Notes: generated by a model from the letters alone, not told the origin. A stretch of 64,000 nt of DNA from Fimbriimonadales bacterium (GCA_041744215.1 JBGTLG010000016.1:96001-160000), one strand, 5' to 3'; positions 41,396 to 52,131 are shown, counted from the stretch's first letter. Numbers and translations: made by a program.

Positions 41396-41749
41396 ATGGC
41401 TATCAAAGTTACGGAGACTATCTACTATTGCACGGACCTAGACCGCGCGTGTGCGTTCTACGCTGCGCTCGGGTGGAAGCTAGTAGAAAAGCAGGCTTGG
41501 GGTTGGGCTGCCTTCGAGATCGACGGGAGAGCGCGTTTGGGCTTGCTTAGGACGCATGATCCGGAGATCCCGCGACCCCGCGTGGGAATTCAAACCAGCG
41601 ACATCGCTGCTGAAGTGGCAAATCTCAGATCGCTCGGAGTCGATGTGGACGAACTGCAAGGAGATGCAGTTGGCATTCGCGCCGTCAACTTCCGTGACCC
41701 GGACGGAAATGAGGTCTTTCTTTGGGACGACGGCAGCGGGAAGCTTTAG
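41396..41749 (+). CDS. VOC/glyoxalase family protein
   Basis: [21 protein letters not shown]. Confidence 0.8.
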   Translation: MAIKVTETIYYCTDLDRACAFYAALGWKLVEKQAWGWAAFEIDGRARLGLLRTHDPEIPRPRVGIQTSDIAAEVANLRSLGVDVDELQGDAVGIRAVNFRDPDGNEVFLWDDGSGKL

Positions 41750-41768
41750 CACCCGTATACTGGTAAGC

Positions 41769-43460
41769 ATGCGGACAGCCTCTACGCCGATAGATGAAGT
41801 CCTGAGCTCCCAAGGGCCCATTTTGGTTCGTGCTCCGACGGGTGTTCAAAAGTCCTGCCAAGGGTGGGTACAGGAGGCCGCGCTCAGGATGTTGCTCAAT
41901 AACCTCGATCCAGATGTTGCGGAGCGGCCTCTCGACCTGGTTGTATATGGCGGGATCGGAAAAGCGGTGAGGAATTGGGCTTGTATGAAAGCAACGGTTG
42001 ACGCGCTCCTCAAGCTGAGCGACGAAGAAACTCTGTTGATGCAGAGCGGAAAGCCTGTCGGCGTGTTGCCCTCCCACCGAAACGCCCCTCGAGTCTTGAT
42101 TGCGAATTCGAATCTTGTCCCGAAGTGGGCGACTTGGGAGGTTTTCCGAGAACTTGACAAAAAGGGATTGATGATGTTCGGGCAGATGACAGCGGGTTCG
42201 TGGATTTACATTGGGAGCCAAGGAATCTTGCAGGGCACCTACGAAACTTTTGCGTCTCTTGCAAAGCAGCGGTTTGGCGGCTCACTGGCTGGTCGATTGG
42301 TGGTGACCGCCGGGCTCGGCGGGATGGGCGGCGCGCAACCACTTGCTGTGACGATGAATGGCGGTGTTGCCCTTTGTATTGAAATCGATCCCACACGGAT
42401 CCAGCGTCGGATTGAGACCCGCTACCTCGATGCGTCTGCTGATAATCTTGATGTTGCGCTCGATATGTGCCGATCAGCCATTTCGGAGCGGCGCGCGTTT
42501 AGCGTCGGACTCTGCGCGAATGCAGCCGACGTGATTCCGGAACTCGTTGCGCGGGAGGCGACACCTGATGTACTTACCGATCAAACGAGCGCACACGACG
42601 TATTGAACGGTTATGTGCCGAATGGAATCTCGCTCGAATTCGCGAAGCGTTTAAGGAACGAGGATCCCACGCGATACCTGGAAGAGGCGCATCGATCGAT
42701 TTGCGAGCACGTCTGTGCGATGCTCACGCTTCAGCAGCGAGGCGCGGAGACATTCGATTATGGAAACAACATCCGACAGGTCGCCTTCGACCATGGCGTA
42801 GCTGATGCCTTTGACTTTCCGGGATTCGTGCCTGCGTACATCCGCCCCCTGTTCTGCGAGGGAAAGGGCCCGTTCCGGTGGGCTGCGCTCTCCGGCGATC
42901 CGAACGACATCTACGCGATCGACGAGTCGATACTTGCGAATTTCGCGGAAGACGAGCCGCTCTGCCGCTGGATTCGAATGGCTCGGGAGAAGATCGCTTT
43001 CCAGGGGCTTCCGGCGAGAATTTGCTGGCTCGGACTTGGGGACAGAGAGCGATTAGGGCTCATTATCAACGACCTCGTTGCTAGCGGCCGGGTATCCGCG
43101 CCGATTGTGATTGGTCGAGATCACCTGGACACCGGCTCCGTCGCATCACCGAATCGTGAAACTGAATCCATGCAGGATGGGAGCGATGCCATTAGCGACT
43201 GGGTTTTTCTCAATGCGCTTATCAACGCAGTAAACGGTGCCTCGTGGGTATCTGTCCATCACGGCGGCGGCGTTGGGATGGGCTTTTCGCAACATGCTGG
43301 AATGGTGATTGTCGCGGACGGCACACCGGAGGCTAAGTCGCGACTGCAACGCGTGCTGCATTCTGATCCAGCCCTGGGGGTGCTGCGGCACGCCGATGCC
43401 GGCTACGACCTTGCTGTGAAAACAGCAAAAGTCAAGGGCCTGTTGAGGCCCTTGACTTAG
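41769..43460 (+). CDS. hutU: Urocanate hydratase
   Basis: [52 protein letters not shown]. Confidence 0.97.
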   Translation: MRTASTPIDEVLSSQGPILVRAPTGVQKSCQGWVQEAALRMLLNNLDPDVAERPLDLVVYGGIGKAVRNWACMKATVDALLKLSDEETLLMQSGKPVGVLPSHRNAPRVLIANSNLVPKWATWEVFRELDKKGLMMFGQMTAGSWIYIGSQGILQGTYETFASLAKQRFGGSLAGRLVVTAGLGGMGGAQPLAVTMNGGVALCIEIDPTRIQRRIETRYLDASADNLDVALDMCRSAISERRAFSVGLCANAADVIPELVAREATPDVLTDQTSAHDVLNGYVPNGISLEFAKRLRNEDPTRYLEEAHRSICEHVCAMLTLQQRGAETFDYGNNIRQVAFDHGVADAFDFPGFVPAYIRPLFCEGKGPFRWAALSGDPNDIYAIDESILANFAEDEPLCRWIRMAREKIAFQGLPARICWLGLGDRERLGLIINDLVASGRVSAPIVIGRDHLDTGSVASPNRETESMQDGSDAISDWVFLNALINAVNGASWVSVHHGGGVGMGFSQHAGMVIVADGTPEAKSRLQRVLHSDPALGVLRHADAGYDLAVKTAKVKGLLRPLT

Positions 43461-43870
43461 CGCTTCAGATAGATCATCGCGGCGTCAGGGAAACATTCCT
43501 TCCCGTCTTCCTGCACTACCCAGGCGACAATGTAATAGTAGCCGATGGATAGCGTGTTGAGGCCGGTGACAACGCCTTGCAAGGGCGTTTTGTCGTCCAT
43601 CTCGCCACGAACGCTCGAAGGCATCGGCCCTCCAGACAGTCCCGAGTATGGGCGTACCTCAACTCGGATGCGCTGTTTGCCGGCGAGCTTTCCAGATTTT
43701 TTGGAAATCGTGAAAGGCACCGCTTCGTGACGAGTGTATTCGTTTCCTTGAACGACCACCGTGATTGGCACGAACTGCTCAGTCGGCTGATCTTTCTCAC
43801 GTACAGCCGTCTTCATTTTCTTCGCACCTACTTTAGAAACCTCAGGCGCCGTCTTGGTGGGACGGCCCAC
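43457..43870 (-). CDS. Hypothetical protein, basic N-terminus plus beta-rich domain; partner of the histone-like gene
   Basis: GTG 8 nt after histone-like gene stop with GGGGAG SD; 137 aa. Confidence 0.7.
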   Translation of the reverse strand: MGRPTKTAPEVSKVGAKKMKTAVREKDQPTEQFVPITVVVQGNEYTRHEAVPFTISKKSGKLAGKQRIRVEVRPYSGLSGGPMPSSVRGEMDDKTPLQGVVTGLNTLSIGYYYIVAWVVQEDGKECFPDAAMIYLKR

Positions 43871-43878
43871 GACTTCGA

Positions 43879-44532
43879 CTACTCCCCCATGGGAGCTGCG
43901 TTCGATGCGGGCGCTGCCGCCTTTTTGCGCCGACCGCCGGCTCTCTTCCTTGGCGCGGCTGCTTTCCGCGCTGTCGCGCGTTTCACCGCGGGTTTTCTCC
44001 CCGCTGTTCGCTTCGCGCCCGCCTTTTTTGCCGCTGGCTTGCGCGTTGTGCGCTTAGCTGCGGCTTTTCGCGTCGTTGCTCGCTTGGCAGTCTTCTTTCT
44101 GGCAGTCCGCTTTGCAGTTGTCTTACGGGCCGTCGTTTTCCTTGCGCCAGTCTTCTTGGCAGTTCGCTTAGCTGTCTTCTTTCTGGCGGTTCGCTTTGCA
44201 GTTGTCTTACGGGCCGTCGTCTTCCTTGCGCCAGCCTTCTTAGCCGTTCGCTTAGCTGTCTTCTTTCTGGCGGTCCGCTTTGCAGTTGTCTTACGGGCCG
44301 TCGTTTTCCTTGCGCCAGTCTTCTTGGCAGTTCGCTTCGCGCCGGCCTTTCTTGTCGTTCGCTTCGCGGTTGTCTTTCTGGCTGTCGCTTTCTTGGCGCC
44401 AGCTTTTCGAGTTGTTCGCTTAGCTGTTGTCTTTTTTGCTGCAGCTCTTGGAGCCGCCGCTTTTCGAGTTCGTTTCCGAGTCGTCTTGGCCTTTTTGGCT
44501 GCCGACGTTTTTCGGGTTGATGCTTTTCGCAT
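43879..44532 (-). CDS. Histone H1-like (HctB/BpH1-like) K/R/A/T-rich nucleoid protein
   Basis: 217 aa almost entirely K/R/A/T/G with a single acidic residue; SD GGAGG before ATG; internal repeats. Confidence 0.85.
   Translation of the reverse strand: MRKASTRKTSAAKKAKTTRKRTRKAAAPRAAAKKTTAKRTTRKAGAKKATARKTTAKRTTRKAGAKRTAKKTGARKTTARKTTAKRTARKKTAKRTAKKAGARKTTARKTTAKRTARKKTAKRTAKKTGARKTTARKTTAKRTARKKTAKRATTRKAAAKRTTRKPAAKKAGAKRTAGRKPAVKRATARKAAAPRKRAGGRRKKAAAPASNAAPMGE
44080..44337. repeat. Three 84-bp (28-aa) tandem repeats inside the histone-like gene
   Basis: tcttacgggccgtcgt recurs at 44121, 44205, 44289; peptide AKRTAKK(T/A)GARKTTARKTTAKRTARKKT. Confidence 0.9.
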
Positions 44533-45196
44533 TTGCTACCTCCGCTTAGTGGGCATTGGGTCCGGCCATATGACCGCCCAATTCCCTGACGAGTGAAATC
44601 TCATCTTTGATTCCACTTCTATCATGTTTTTGATAATCGGCTTTTTGCACGATCTCTCCAATTGTGACGCTAAACGATGCAGTGTTGTCGCACAAACGAG
44701 GGTCCGAGGCAGCGCGAACGCCTGCTAAATCCAGTTTACGAGCTAGATGCGCAAACTCCAAGATACGCGTTTTGTTTTATGAACAAACGTGAACGAAGAT
44801 CCACTCACTACAGCAACTTCGGTCTGTTTGCTAACTCATCATTACATCTCGTATACAAGTCAGTACACTCGTTTGCATGCTAGATCGATGCTACTTACAA
44901 CCAAGCGTCGCCTCACACGAATTGCGCTCCACTGACACTCCACGGGTTTGCTCACGCGAGGTTCACGATCAATCGAAGATGATGAGTTTCGATTTCCTGT
45001 ACTGAAAAACTACTACAACCCGCGAAGCAAACGTATACAGTACTAAAAAGTGACCTGCCCAGCGACACTCTGGAAAAGCCTGGTCGCCTCCCGAGCCACC
45101 CAGAAACCAAAAAGAAACCGCCGAACGGAAAACCCGGTCGACGGAGAAAAAGCAAGATTGCCTTCCGATAATTTATCCGAATCTTAGGAAAACGCC

Positions 45197-45216
45197 AACT
45201 AGTATTAATACCAGTT
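45197..45216. promoter_or_regulatory. Candidate operator palindrome upstream of hutI
   Basis: AACTAGTATT-AATACCAGTT, 20-bp inverted repeat with one mismatch. Confidence 0.45.
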
Positions 45217-45243
45217 CTTGATCCTGACGGCCACGGTGCCAGA

Positions 45244-46470
45244 ATGGACCCGGTGAATTCCTTCGTACTCGCCCCGATCGGTGAACTCCATCTGCCGCCA
45301 GACGCGCACCCAACAAAAGGGGCTTTGATGCGCCAGACGAGTCGGCTCGCAAAGGCAGGCGTTGTTGTGGAAGGGGGCATCGTCAGCTTCGTCGGCAGCG
45401 CGGCAGGCGCGATCAGTCACGCTCCACGCTTGGATCGGATTGACCTCGGCAAGTTCCTCGTGACCCCGGGCCTTATTGACTGTCACACACACCTCTCGTG
45501 GGCGGGCAATCGGGCAGATGAGTTCGTACGGAGGAGCCTCGGCGAAACCTACGAGCAAATCGCGGCGGCAGGCGGAGGGATCCTGGCTTCTGCGAGGGCG
45601 ATGGAAGCAATCGCGATCGAGGAGTTGACCGCTTCGATCGTCGCTCGTTGCGACTTACTGGCTGATCTGGGCACTACGACGATCGAATCAAAGTGCAGTT
45701 ATGGCCTTACGCCTGAGGCCTCGCTCAAAGAACTCCGAGCAATTCAAGATGCAGCGGCGCAGGCGGATCAGACAGTCGTAACCACTTACATGGGAGCACA
45801 TGCGATTCCCTCGGGCGAGACTCGCGAGCAGTTCATAAAGACGCTACTCGAAACTATGATTCCAGCCGCATCCAAGACGTCAAGATTCAACGATGTCTTT
45901 TGTGAAGAGGGAGCGTTCGACGTTGAGGAATCGCGCACGATCTTGGAAGCTGGCATTCGACACGGAATGCGGCCGAAGATCCATTCGGATGAGTTCAACG
46001 CCCTGGGTGGCACTGAAATGGCAGTCTCGCTCGGTGCTGTGAGTTGCGATCATCTGCTTCAAGTTACAGAGAGCGGTATCAGGGCATTGGCGTCGGGAAA
46101 CTCCGTTGCCGTAACATTGCCAGGTACTGCGCTTTACCTTGACAAACAGTACGCGGATGCGAGGAGGCTTATAGATTCGGGTTGCGCGGTCGCTCTTGGC
46201 AGCGATTTCAATCCGGGATCTTGTCAAATCCCATCAATGGCATTTGCAATGGGACTCGCGGTTTCCAAGATGGGGATGACGCCAGAGGAGGCACTAACCG
46301 CGGCGACGGTGAACGCAGCTGCCGCTATTGATGAGCCATCCGGTACTCTCTCAATCGGAGAACGCGCAGACATCTGCGTTTGGCCGTGTTCTCATCTAGA
46401 AGAGATGATTTACGAGTTTGCATTCATACGTCCGCAGATGGTGTTTGTCGCGGGAGAACGGGTTGTTTGA
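45244..46470 (+). CDS. hutI: Imidazolonepropionase
   Basis: PGLIDCHTH, GGGIL, GTTTIESKCSYGL, DVFCE, KIHSDE, SDFNPGS; start may be GTG 45253. Confidence 0.93.
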   Translation: MDPVNSFVLAPIGELHLPPDAHPTKGALMRQTSRLAKAGVVVEGGIVSFVGSAAGAISHAPRLDRIDLGKFLVTPGLIDCHTHLSWAGNRADEFVRRSLGETYEQIAAAGGGILASARAMEAIAIEELTASIVARCDLLADLGTTTIESKCSYGLTPEASLKELRAIQDAAAQADQTVVTTYMGAHAIPSGETREQFIKTLLETMIPAASKTSRFNDVFCEEGAFDVEESRTILEAGIRHGMRPKIHSDEFNALGGTEMAVSLGAVSCDHLLQVTESGIRALASGNSVAVTLPGTALYLDKQYADARRLIDSGCAVALGSDFNPGSCQIPSMAFAMGLAVSKMGMTPEEALTAATVNAAAAIDEPSGTLSIGERADICVWPCSHLEEMIYEFAFIRPQMVFVAGERVV

Positions 46471-47620
46471 CCGCGTGATTTGCATCGTCCTCGATGGGTG
46501 CGGCGCGGGACCAGCCCCGGACGCAGCAGACTTTGGCGACGTAGGTGACAACGAGGGCAATACGCTATACAACACCTGGAATGCGGTTGGGGGCATCGAA
46601 GCACCGTTGTTGTGGAGGATGGGTTTCTTCGCCGCTGGGGGGATATCTCCGGAAGGGAGACCCCCGATAGAGGCGAGATGGGGCCGACTCCAAGAACTGA
46701 GCATCGGGAAGGACACGATGACAGGACACTGGGAGATGATGGGCATTCATGTGGAACATCCATTGCCGACTTACCCCAACGGATTTCCGATACCAGTCAT
46801 TAAAGAGTTTGAGCAGGGGATTGGCAGGCAGACGATAGGCAATGTTTCGGAGAGTGGCACAGAAATCATCGCACGGCTGGGCGCGATGCATATGGAATCG
46901 GGTTGTCCTATCGTCTACACGAGCGCCGACAGCGTGTTTCAGATTGCCTCTCACGAGGAGATCATCCCGATCGAAGAACAGTATGAGATATGCCAGGTCG
47001 CCCGGAGCATTCTCGTCGAACCGCACGATGTCGGTCGGGTGATCGCGCGTCCATTCGTGGGCAGCCCCGAGCTCGGCTTCACTCGGACCGAGAACCGCAA
47101 GGATTTTCCTCTTGCGCCGCCGCGAAACCTTGTTGATGAAATCGCTGATGTATACAGCCCTGTATTCGGTATCGGCGTAGTGTCAGAAGTTTTTGCAGGA
47201 CGCGGGTTTCGCGACGTACCTCGAACGCAGTCGAATTCCGAGCACTATAAAATGCTGCTCGAAGCGCTCAATTCTGAAGAAAAGTTTTTTTTCGCAAATT
47301 TCGAAGATTTCGACATGCTTTATGGGCATCGCAATGATCCGGAAGGCTTTGCGAGGTGTCTCGAAGAGTTCGACGGGTACCTTGCGGGGATCATTGCGCG
47401 ACTCCGAGAGGCGGATTTATTGATCTTGACCGCAGACCACGGTAACGATCCGACTACCCCAAGCACGGATCACTCGCGTGAGTATGTGCCGGTTAGCGTT
47501 TGGCACCTCGGATTGGAGTCCGGCCGCGCGCTTGGTGACAACGCGGGATTATGGTGCGTCGGTGCGACGGTAGCGAAGGCGCTTGGCATCCCGTTTGACA
47601 AGGGCGTACCGCTGATCTAA
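46463..47620 (+). CDS. deoB: Phosphopentomutase
   Basis: IVLDGCG, GKDTMTGHWE, YTSADSVFQIA, RVIARPF, DFDMLYGHRND, ADHGNDP, DHSRE. Confidence 0.95.
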   Translation: MFDRVICIVLDGCGAGPAPDAADFGDVGDNEGNTLYNTWNAVGGIEAPLLWRMGFFAAGGISPEGRPPIEARWGRLQELSIGKDTMTGHWEMMGIHVEHPLPTYPNGFPIPVIKEFEQGIGRQTIGNVSESGTEIIARLGAMHMESGCPIVYTSADSVFQIASHEEIIPIEEQYEICQVARSILVEPHDVGRVIARPFVGSPELGFTRTENRKDFPLAPPRNLVDEIADVYSPVFGIGVVSEVFAGRGFRDVPRTQSNSEHYKMLLEALNSEEKFFFANFEDFDMLYGHRNDPEGFARCLEEFDGYLAGIIARLREADLLILTADHGNDPTTPSTDHSREYVPVSVWHLGLESGRALGDNAGLWCVGATVAKALGIPFDKGVPLI

Positions 47621-47673
47621 CCCAGCAATGATATCGGCCCGTATTCTTCCCTGACGTGGAATGAAACCGGAGC

Positions 47674-49062
47674 ATGAAGAATCGGCTGAGCCAATCGCAG
47701 AGAGTCGACCAGCGCACAAGTTTGCGTGTCGATCCAAAGCTCGTGGTGGCCAGCCGTGTACTTGAGCTCCAGCAATTTGAGCTTGAGCAGCTCGTAGAAC
47801 AAGAGCTGAATGACAACCCGGCGCTTGAACGGCTCGAAGAAGAGCCGGATGAACTCGATGAGCGCAAACTCGTAAGAGAACTCGCACGTCGACCCGAACG
47901 CCCGGAAACAGAGGAGCCGGAACACTACTCCGCCAGGGAGTACGGTTCCGACGACGACGTCGACTGGATCGACTACCTGGCGGCTCCGGTTTCATTGCGT
48001 GATCATCTGTTGGCGCAGCTTCTTCCGACAGTCCCAAAAGAGCTTTGTGGCTTGGTCCACGAGGTGGTCGACTGCGTGAACAACGACGGCTATCTCGACC
48101 TACCGATCGAAGAGATCGCGCTGTTAACCGGTGCAAAGCTCGAGGAAGTCGAAGACGTTATCGAAAAGTTACAGGCTTGTGACCCAGTTGGAGTCGGCGC
48201 CCATAACCTACAAGAATGCCTCGAACTACAACTGCGCGAACAGGAAGACGACGTTGCGCGACTTGCTTACTCGATTGTCCGCCATCATTGGGAGGACTTG
48301 ATTGCAAGGCGCACAAATTCGATCACCAGAAGATATAGGGTTCACCCATCACTTGTCGACGAAGCGTTTGAAAGGATCACAACACTCACTCCACACCCAG
48401 GCGAAGCATTTCTTGCTACCTCGCCATCGTACCGCTTTGAAGAATCTACGTCGGTCGCTCCAGATCTGATCTTCCGTCGCGATGACAGCGGGCTCTATTT
48501 CGAAATTCGCGGCTGCGATCCAGGCGCCCTTGCCGTGGACGAGTGGTATCGGAAGCGGCACGAAGCAATGCGAAAGGAACTTACTCGCGCCTCCGAGGAT
48601 GAGAAGAAGCACGTGGGGGAGTTTGTTGGGCGAGCCACGCGCTTGATTCACGCGCTCCGGCAGCGCAGGGCTACGCTCCGAAAGATTGCTATGTTCCTGC
48701 TCGATGAACAGGCTGGCTTCATCGCTACAGGTTCGTATCGATTCTTGCAGTCGCTTACCCGAGTCGCTCTTGCACGCGGAGTTGGACTGCATGAGAGCAC
48801 CGTCAGCAGGGCAACGATGAACAAGTTCGTCCAACTTCCGAATGGGGAAGTAGTCTCGTTTGAAGTTTTCTTCAAGCCCCAGTTGCGCGTTCAAAAGTTG
48901 ATCGAAGAGATTCTTCAGTCAGAGAATCCGTCGGCGCCACTCTCGGACCGGGCGATCGCAGAGATGCTAAGGGAACGGGGCGTCGACATCGCTCGCCGTA
49001 CTGTAAACAAGTACCGAGAGCAGATTCGTCTGCTAAGCAGCCACCAGCGCCGGACGGCGTAG
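47674..49062 (+). CDS. rpoN: RNA polymerase sigma-54 factor
   Basis: NPALE, DPVGVGA..LQECL, LHESTVSRA, PLSD, RpoN box ARRTVNKYRE. Confidence 0.95.
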   Translation: MKNRLSQSQRVDQRTSLRVDPKLVVASRVLELQQFELEQLVEQELNDNPALERLEEEPDELDERKLVRELARRPERPETEEPEHYSAREYGSDDDVDWIDYLAAPVSLRDHLLAQLLPTVPKELCGLVHEVVDCVNNDGYLDLPIEEIALLTGAKLEEVEDVIEKLQACDPVGVGAHNLQECLELQLREQEDDVARLAYSIVRHHWEDLIARRTNSITRRYRVHPSLVDEAFERITTLTPHPGEAFLATSPSYRFEESTSVAPDLIFRRDDSGLYFEIRGCDPGALAVDEWYRKRHEAMRKELTRASEDEKKHVGEFVGRATRLIHALRQRRATLRKIAMFLLDEQAGFIATGSYRFLQSLTRVALARGVGLHESTVSRATMNKFVQLPNGEVVSFEVFFKPQLRVQKLIEEILQSENPSAPLSDRAIAEMLRERGVDIARRTVNKYREQIRLLSSHQRRTA

Positions 49063-49095
49063 GGATTCCCGGGAGGTACAATCTTTCCCTCCCCA

Positions 49096-50154
49096 ATGCT
49101 GCAAAAACTTCGCGACATCGAGGAGCGCTACGAACAGGTTCAGCGCGACCTCCAAGATCAGTCGATAACGGCGGACATTAAGAAGCTCGAATCCCTCGGA
49201 CGGCAAAATTCCGAGCTGGAGCCGTATGTCGTTGCGATCAGGAGGCACCGTAAGTTATCGGAGGACTTGTCCCAGGCAGAGGCGCTTTTAGGGGATTCCG
49301 AGATGAAGGAGTTGGCGCAGGCCGAGATTCCGGGGCTAAAAGAAGAGATGGAGCGGATCGAAGAGCAACTGCGAGTGATGCTCCTGCCGAAGGACCCCAA
49401 CGACGACAAAGACGTGATGATCGAGGTGCAACAGGGCGCGGGGGGCGAGGAGGCAGCGCTCTTTGCTGCGGATCTCTTTAGGATGTACATCCGGTATGCA
49501 GAGCGAAAGGGCTGGAAGTACGAGATTCTGAACTTAGAGGAGACAGGCATCGGCGGGATCAGCAGTGCGGAATTCATGATTCGCGGCCAGGGCGCTTTCA
49601 GCAAACTGAAGCATGAGAGCGGTGTTCACCGCGTTCAGCGCGTCCCAAAGACGGAATCAAGCGGTCGCGTTCATACGAGCGCAGCTTCAGTTGTCGTGCT
49701 TCCGGAGGCAGAGGGTATTGATATCGAAGTGCGCTCAGATGACCTAGAGATCGACACTTTTCGTTCGTCCGGCGCGGGTGGACAACACGTCAACAAGACC
49801 GAGTCCGCTGTACGTATCAAGCATAAGCCGTCCGGCATTGTCGTCGCCTGCCAAGACGAAAGGAGCCAGGTTCAAAATCGTGAGCGTGCTATGGGGATGC
49901 TCCGAACGAAGCTGTACGACCACATGCTGCAAGAGCAGGTTGCGAAGCAAAGCGCACATCGAAAGGCAAGCGTCGGATCCGGTGACAGAAGTGAGAAGAT
50001 TCGAACTTACAACTTTCCTCAAAGTCGGATAACCGACCATCGTATCGGCCTGAACGTGCACAACCTGAAGGAAGCGCTTGACGGAGACATCGAAGAGATT
50101 CTGGAAGCGCTAAGCCAACACGAGCAAGCCAAGAAACTTGCAGAGGCTGTCTAG
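49096..50154 (+). CDS. prfA: Peptide chain release factor 1
   Basis: [18 protein letters not shown] (PxT), [18 protein letters not shown]. Confidence 0.96.
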   Translation: MLQKLRDIEERYEQVQRDLQDQSITADIKKLESLGRQNSELEPYVVAIRRHRKLSEDLSQAEALLGDSEMKELAQAEIPGLKEEMERIEEQLRVMLLPKDPNDDKDVMIEVQQGAGGEEAALFAADLFRMYIRYAERKGWKYEILNLEETGIGGISSAEFMIRGQGAFSKLKHESGVHRVQRVPKTESSGRVHTSAASVVVLPEAEGIDIEVRSDDLEIDTFRSSGAGGQHVNKTESAVRIKHKPSGIVVACQDERSQVQNRERAMGMLRTKLYDHMLQEQVAKQSAHRKASVGSGDRSEKIRTYNFPQSRITDHRIGLNVHNLKEALDGDIEEILEALSQHEQAKKLAEAV

Positions 50155-51599
50155 CCGCGAAGCAGCTGCAGCACCGATTGCGGCAACTGATTTGCCTGCG
50201 CAAGAACTGCCATTCCGCTCTGCTGAAGGATCTGGTACTTCGTGAGTTGTGTGATTTCTTCGGCTACATCTGCGTCGCGGATTTGGCTTGTGGTTGCGGT
50301 GAGATTTTCTCGCGCGACTGCTAGTGAGCGGACGTTGCTCTCCAAGAAGTCCTTTTGGAATGATCCGATTTCTCCTCGTGTGCGAGAAAGCTGAGCGATT
50401 GCATCATCGATTATCCGAATCGCATTATTGGCCCCTTGCACTGTAGTCACGTCTATTGTTGCGATGGATTCGCCACCGACTGCGCTCGTACCCAAAGCCG
50501 AGGAGAACATGCTCGGGATGCTCATCTGTGTCGCCTGATAAGCGCTTGGCCCGAATTGGATTTGCACCCCACCGGCTGTCAGCACGCCAACTTGCGTCGC
50601 ACCGGACATATTCAGGTTGCCGTCCTCCGTCATCATCACAGCATTGCCGAACAAATCTGTCAATCGAAGACCGCTATCGGTCGCGCCCCTCCCCCCGCTA
50701 AACTGCACTGTTTCAACTCCAACTGTTGTTGTTACACTGACATCTGCAATCGCGTTTGTTCCTGTGCTGCTTGAAGAAAATAAAGTGTGCAGTAGGTTGT
50801 TAGTATCGAACAACTGTATTGAGTGATTTGCGCCAAAGTTGGTTTGAACAAGCGTAACGCTGACAGGTCCTCCGCCTGTGATCATCGCGGTAACCCCATG
50901 GGAATTCGAGGATTGATTGATGCGCGAGACGAAATCTTGCAGTGAAGAGGTTCCGTCACTTAGAAACGTCACGCCGTTGATTGTGACCGAGCCAGTGGGC
51001 AAAAGGGCGCTGCCATTCGCATACGATTGCGCGCCAGCGATCGTCGCCCGAGTTGCTTGGGTCGTGAGGTCTACAGTGATTGCGCCGCTGACTATGGGGC
51101 TATTGTTGAAGGTTCCGCCAAAGTAGGCGCTTGCGACGTATTGGGGTGCGGTCACGCTCGCCTGCGCGCCAGCTGTGCCGTCAAGGAGCTTCTTTGTTCC
51201 AAACTGAGTATGGCTAGCGATGCGGTCAATTGAGGAGATAGTAGATCGGATTTGGTTTTGATTTGCAGTAAGGACATTGATGTCGACTACACCAACGTTC
51301 GCCGAGTGAACAGCAAGCGCACGCATCCCTTTCAACAGATCTTGAATCTCCTGGAGGGCTCCCTCGGCAGTCTTCGACATATTGATCGCATCCTGCGAGT
51401 TCCGAACTGCCTGATCTATGCTGTACGTTTGCGATCGAAGGTTTTCGCTAATGACTATGCCAGCTGGGTCGTGGTCGGCCGTACTAATGCGGAGGCCGGT
51501 GCTAAGCCGATTTATCGGCTTGCCGAGTTCCTCAGTAGTAGCGTTTAGGTTCCTTAGAGCGCGTATTGCCGCGAGGTTTGTGTTGATTCGCATGCTCAT
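50151..51599 (-). CDS. fliC: Flagellin
   Basis: [26 protein letters not shown]-terminal [35 protein letters not shown]. Confidence 0.93.
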   Translation of the reverse strand: MSMRINTNLAAIRALRNLNATTEELGKPINRLSTGLRISTADHDPAGIVISENLRSQTYSIDQAVRNSQDAINMSKTAEGALQEIQDLLKGMRALAVHSANVGVVDINVLTANQNQIRSTISSIDRIASHTQFGTKKLLDGTAGAQASVTAPQYVASAYFGGTFNNSPIVSGAITVDLTTQATRATIAGAQSYANGSALLPTGSVTINGVTFLSDGTSSLQDFVSRINQSSNSHGVTAMITGGGPVSVTLVQTNFGANHSIQLFDTNNLLHTLFSSSSTGTNAIADVSVTTTVGVETVQFSGGRGATDSGLRLTDLFGNAVMMTEDGNLNMSGATQVGVLTAGGVQIQFGPSAYQATQMSIPSMFSSALGTSAVGGESIATIDVTTVQGANNAIRIIDDAIAQLSRTRGEIGSFQKDFLESNVRSLAVARENLTATTSQIRDADVAEEITQLTKYQILQQSGMAVLAQANQLPQSVLQLLRG

Positions 51600-51636
51600 C
51601 GATGTAGCCTTGGATGCCGCGGTTGCCCGATTGTCG

Positions 51637-51644
51637 TTATCGGC
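51637..51644 (-). promoter_or_regulatory. Candidate sigma28 -10 element for flagellin
   Basis: Exact GCCGATAA 38 nt upstream of the start; -35 TAAA not convincing. Confidence 0.5.
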
Positions 51645-51688
51645 CACTTCCGATTTTTCAGCAGGGCGGTCCTAGACCCTCCTTCCAA

Positions 51689-51907
51689 TTAGCGAGAACT
51701 CGCGACAGCGGTCGACTTCGATGGCCGAGCAAGCATGATCAGTTGCACGAGGGCGGAAACGTCGACGAGGATGTTGACGACGCTCGATAGTGCGGTCCCG
51801 GCGCCGAAGAGAGTAGCAACGAGGTCAAACTTCGCTGCACCAAAGAGGCCCCAGTTGAGGCCGCCGACGATCAGCAAGACTCTTGCGAGTGTGTCTAACA
51901 TTTTCAT
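51689..51907 (-). CDS. DUF378 (YuzA-like) small membrane protein
   Basis: LLIVGGLNWGL.G...FDLVA.LFG; SD AAGGAG. Confidence 0.88.
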   Translation of the reverse strand: MKMLDTLARVLLIVGGLNWGLFGAAKFDLVATLFGAGTALSSVVNILVDVSALVQLIMLARPSKSTAVASSR

Positions 51908-52131
51908 TGCTTTCTCCTTGAGCGGCTGTCATCAAGTCAGTGGACACCAATCCTAAAGAGCTTGTGGTCTACAATACGCAATGAGCGCAGTATATGTCCG
52001 ACAACTAAAATGAAATCCGATGTGGTTTCTGTACGCGGCTGTTCGGCCAGAGAGGAAAAGCATACTATGCAGGCCTTGTGGGCCTCGATACTCGTTCGTG
52101 GGGCGGGCGCACCGAGTGCTATCCTTCGCTC

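Noticed and set aside
43457-43881. Stop-codon readthrough from the histone-like gene into its partner
   Set aside because: The partner is in the -1 frame, not in frame with the TAG
43577-44596. 339-aa hydrophobic repeat ORF on the + strand (AVRFAVVLRAVVFLAP...)
   Set aside because: Antisense shadow of the Lys/Arg/Ala-rich histone-like gene, which has the SD and a plausible composition
44533-45243. oriC, tmRNA, RNase P RNA or tRNA in the long intergenic region
   Set aside because: No TTATCCACA cluster, no GAGGAAAGTCC, no tRNA-like ends or T-loop, and no dnaA nearby
51962-52006. HutC/GntR-like boxes upstream of hutH (TTGTGGTCTACAA; TGTCCGACA)
   Set aside because: Short, over 120 nt from the hutH start, and no matching sites at hutU or hutI
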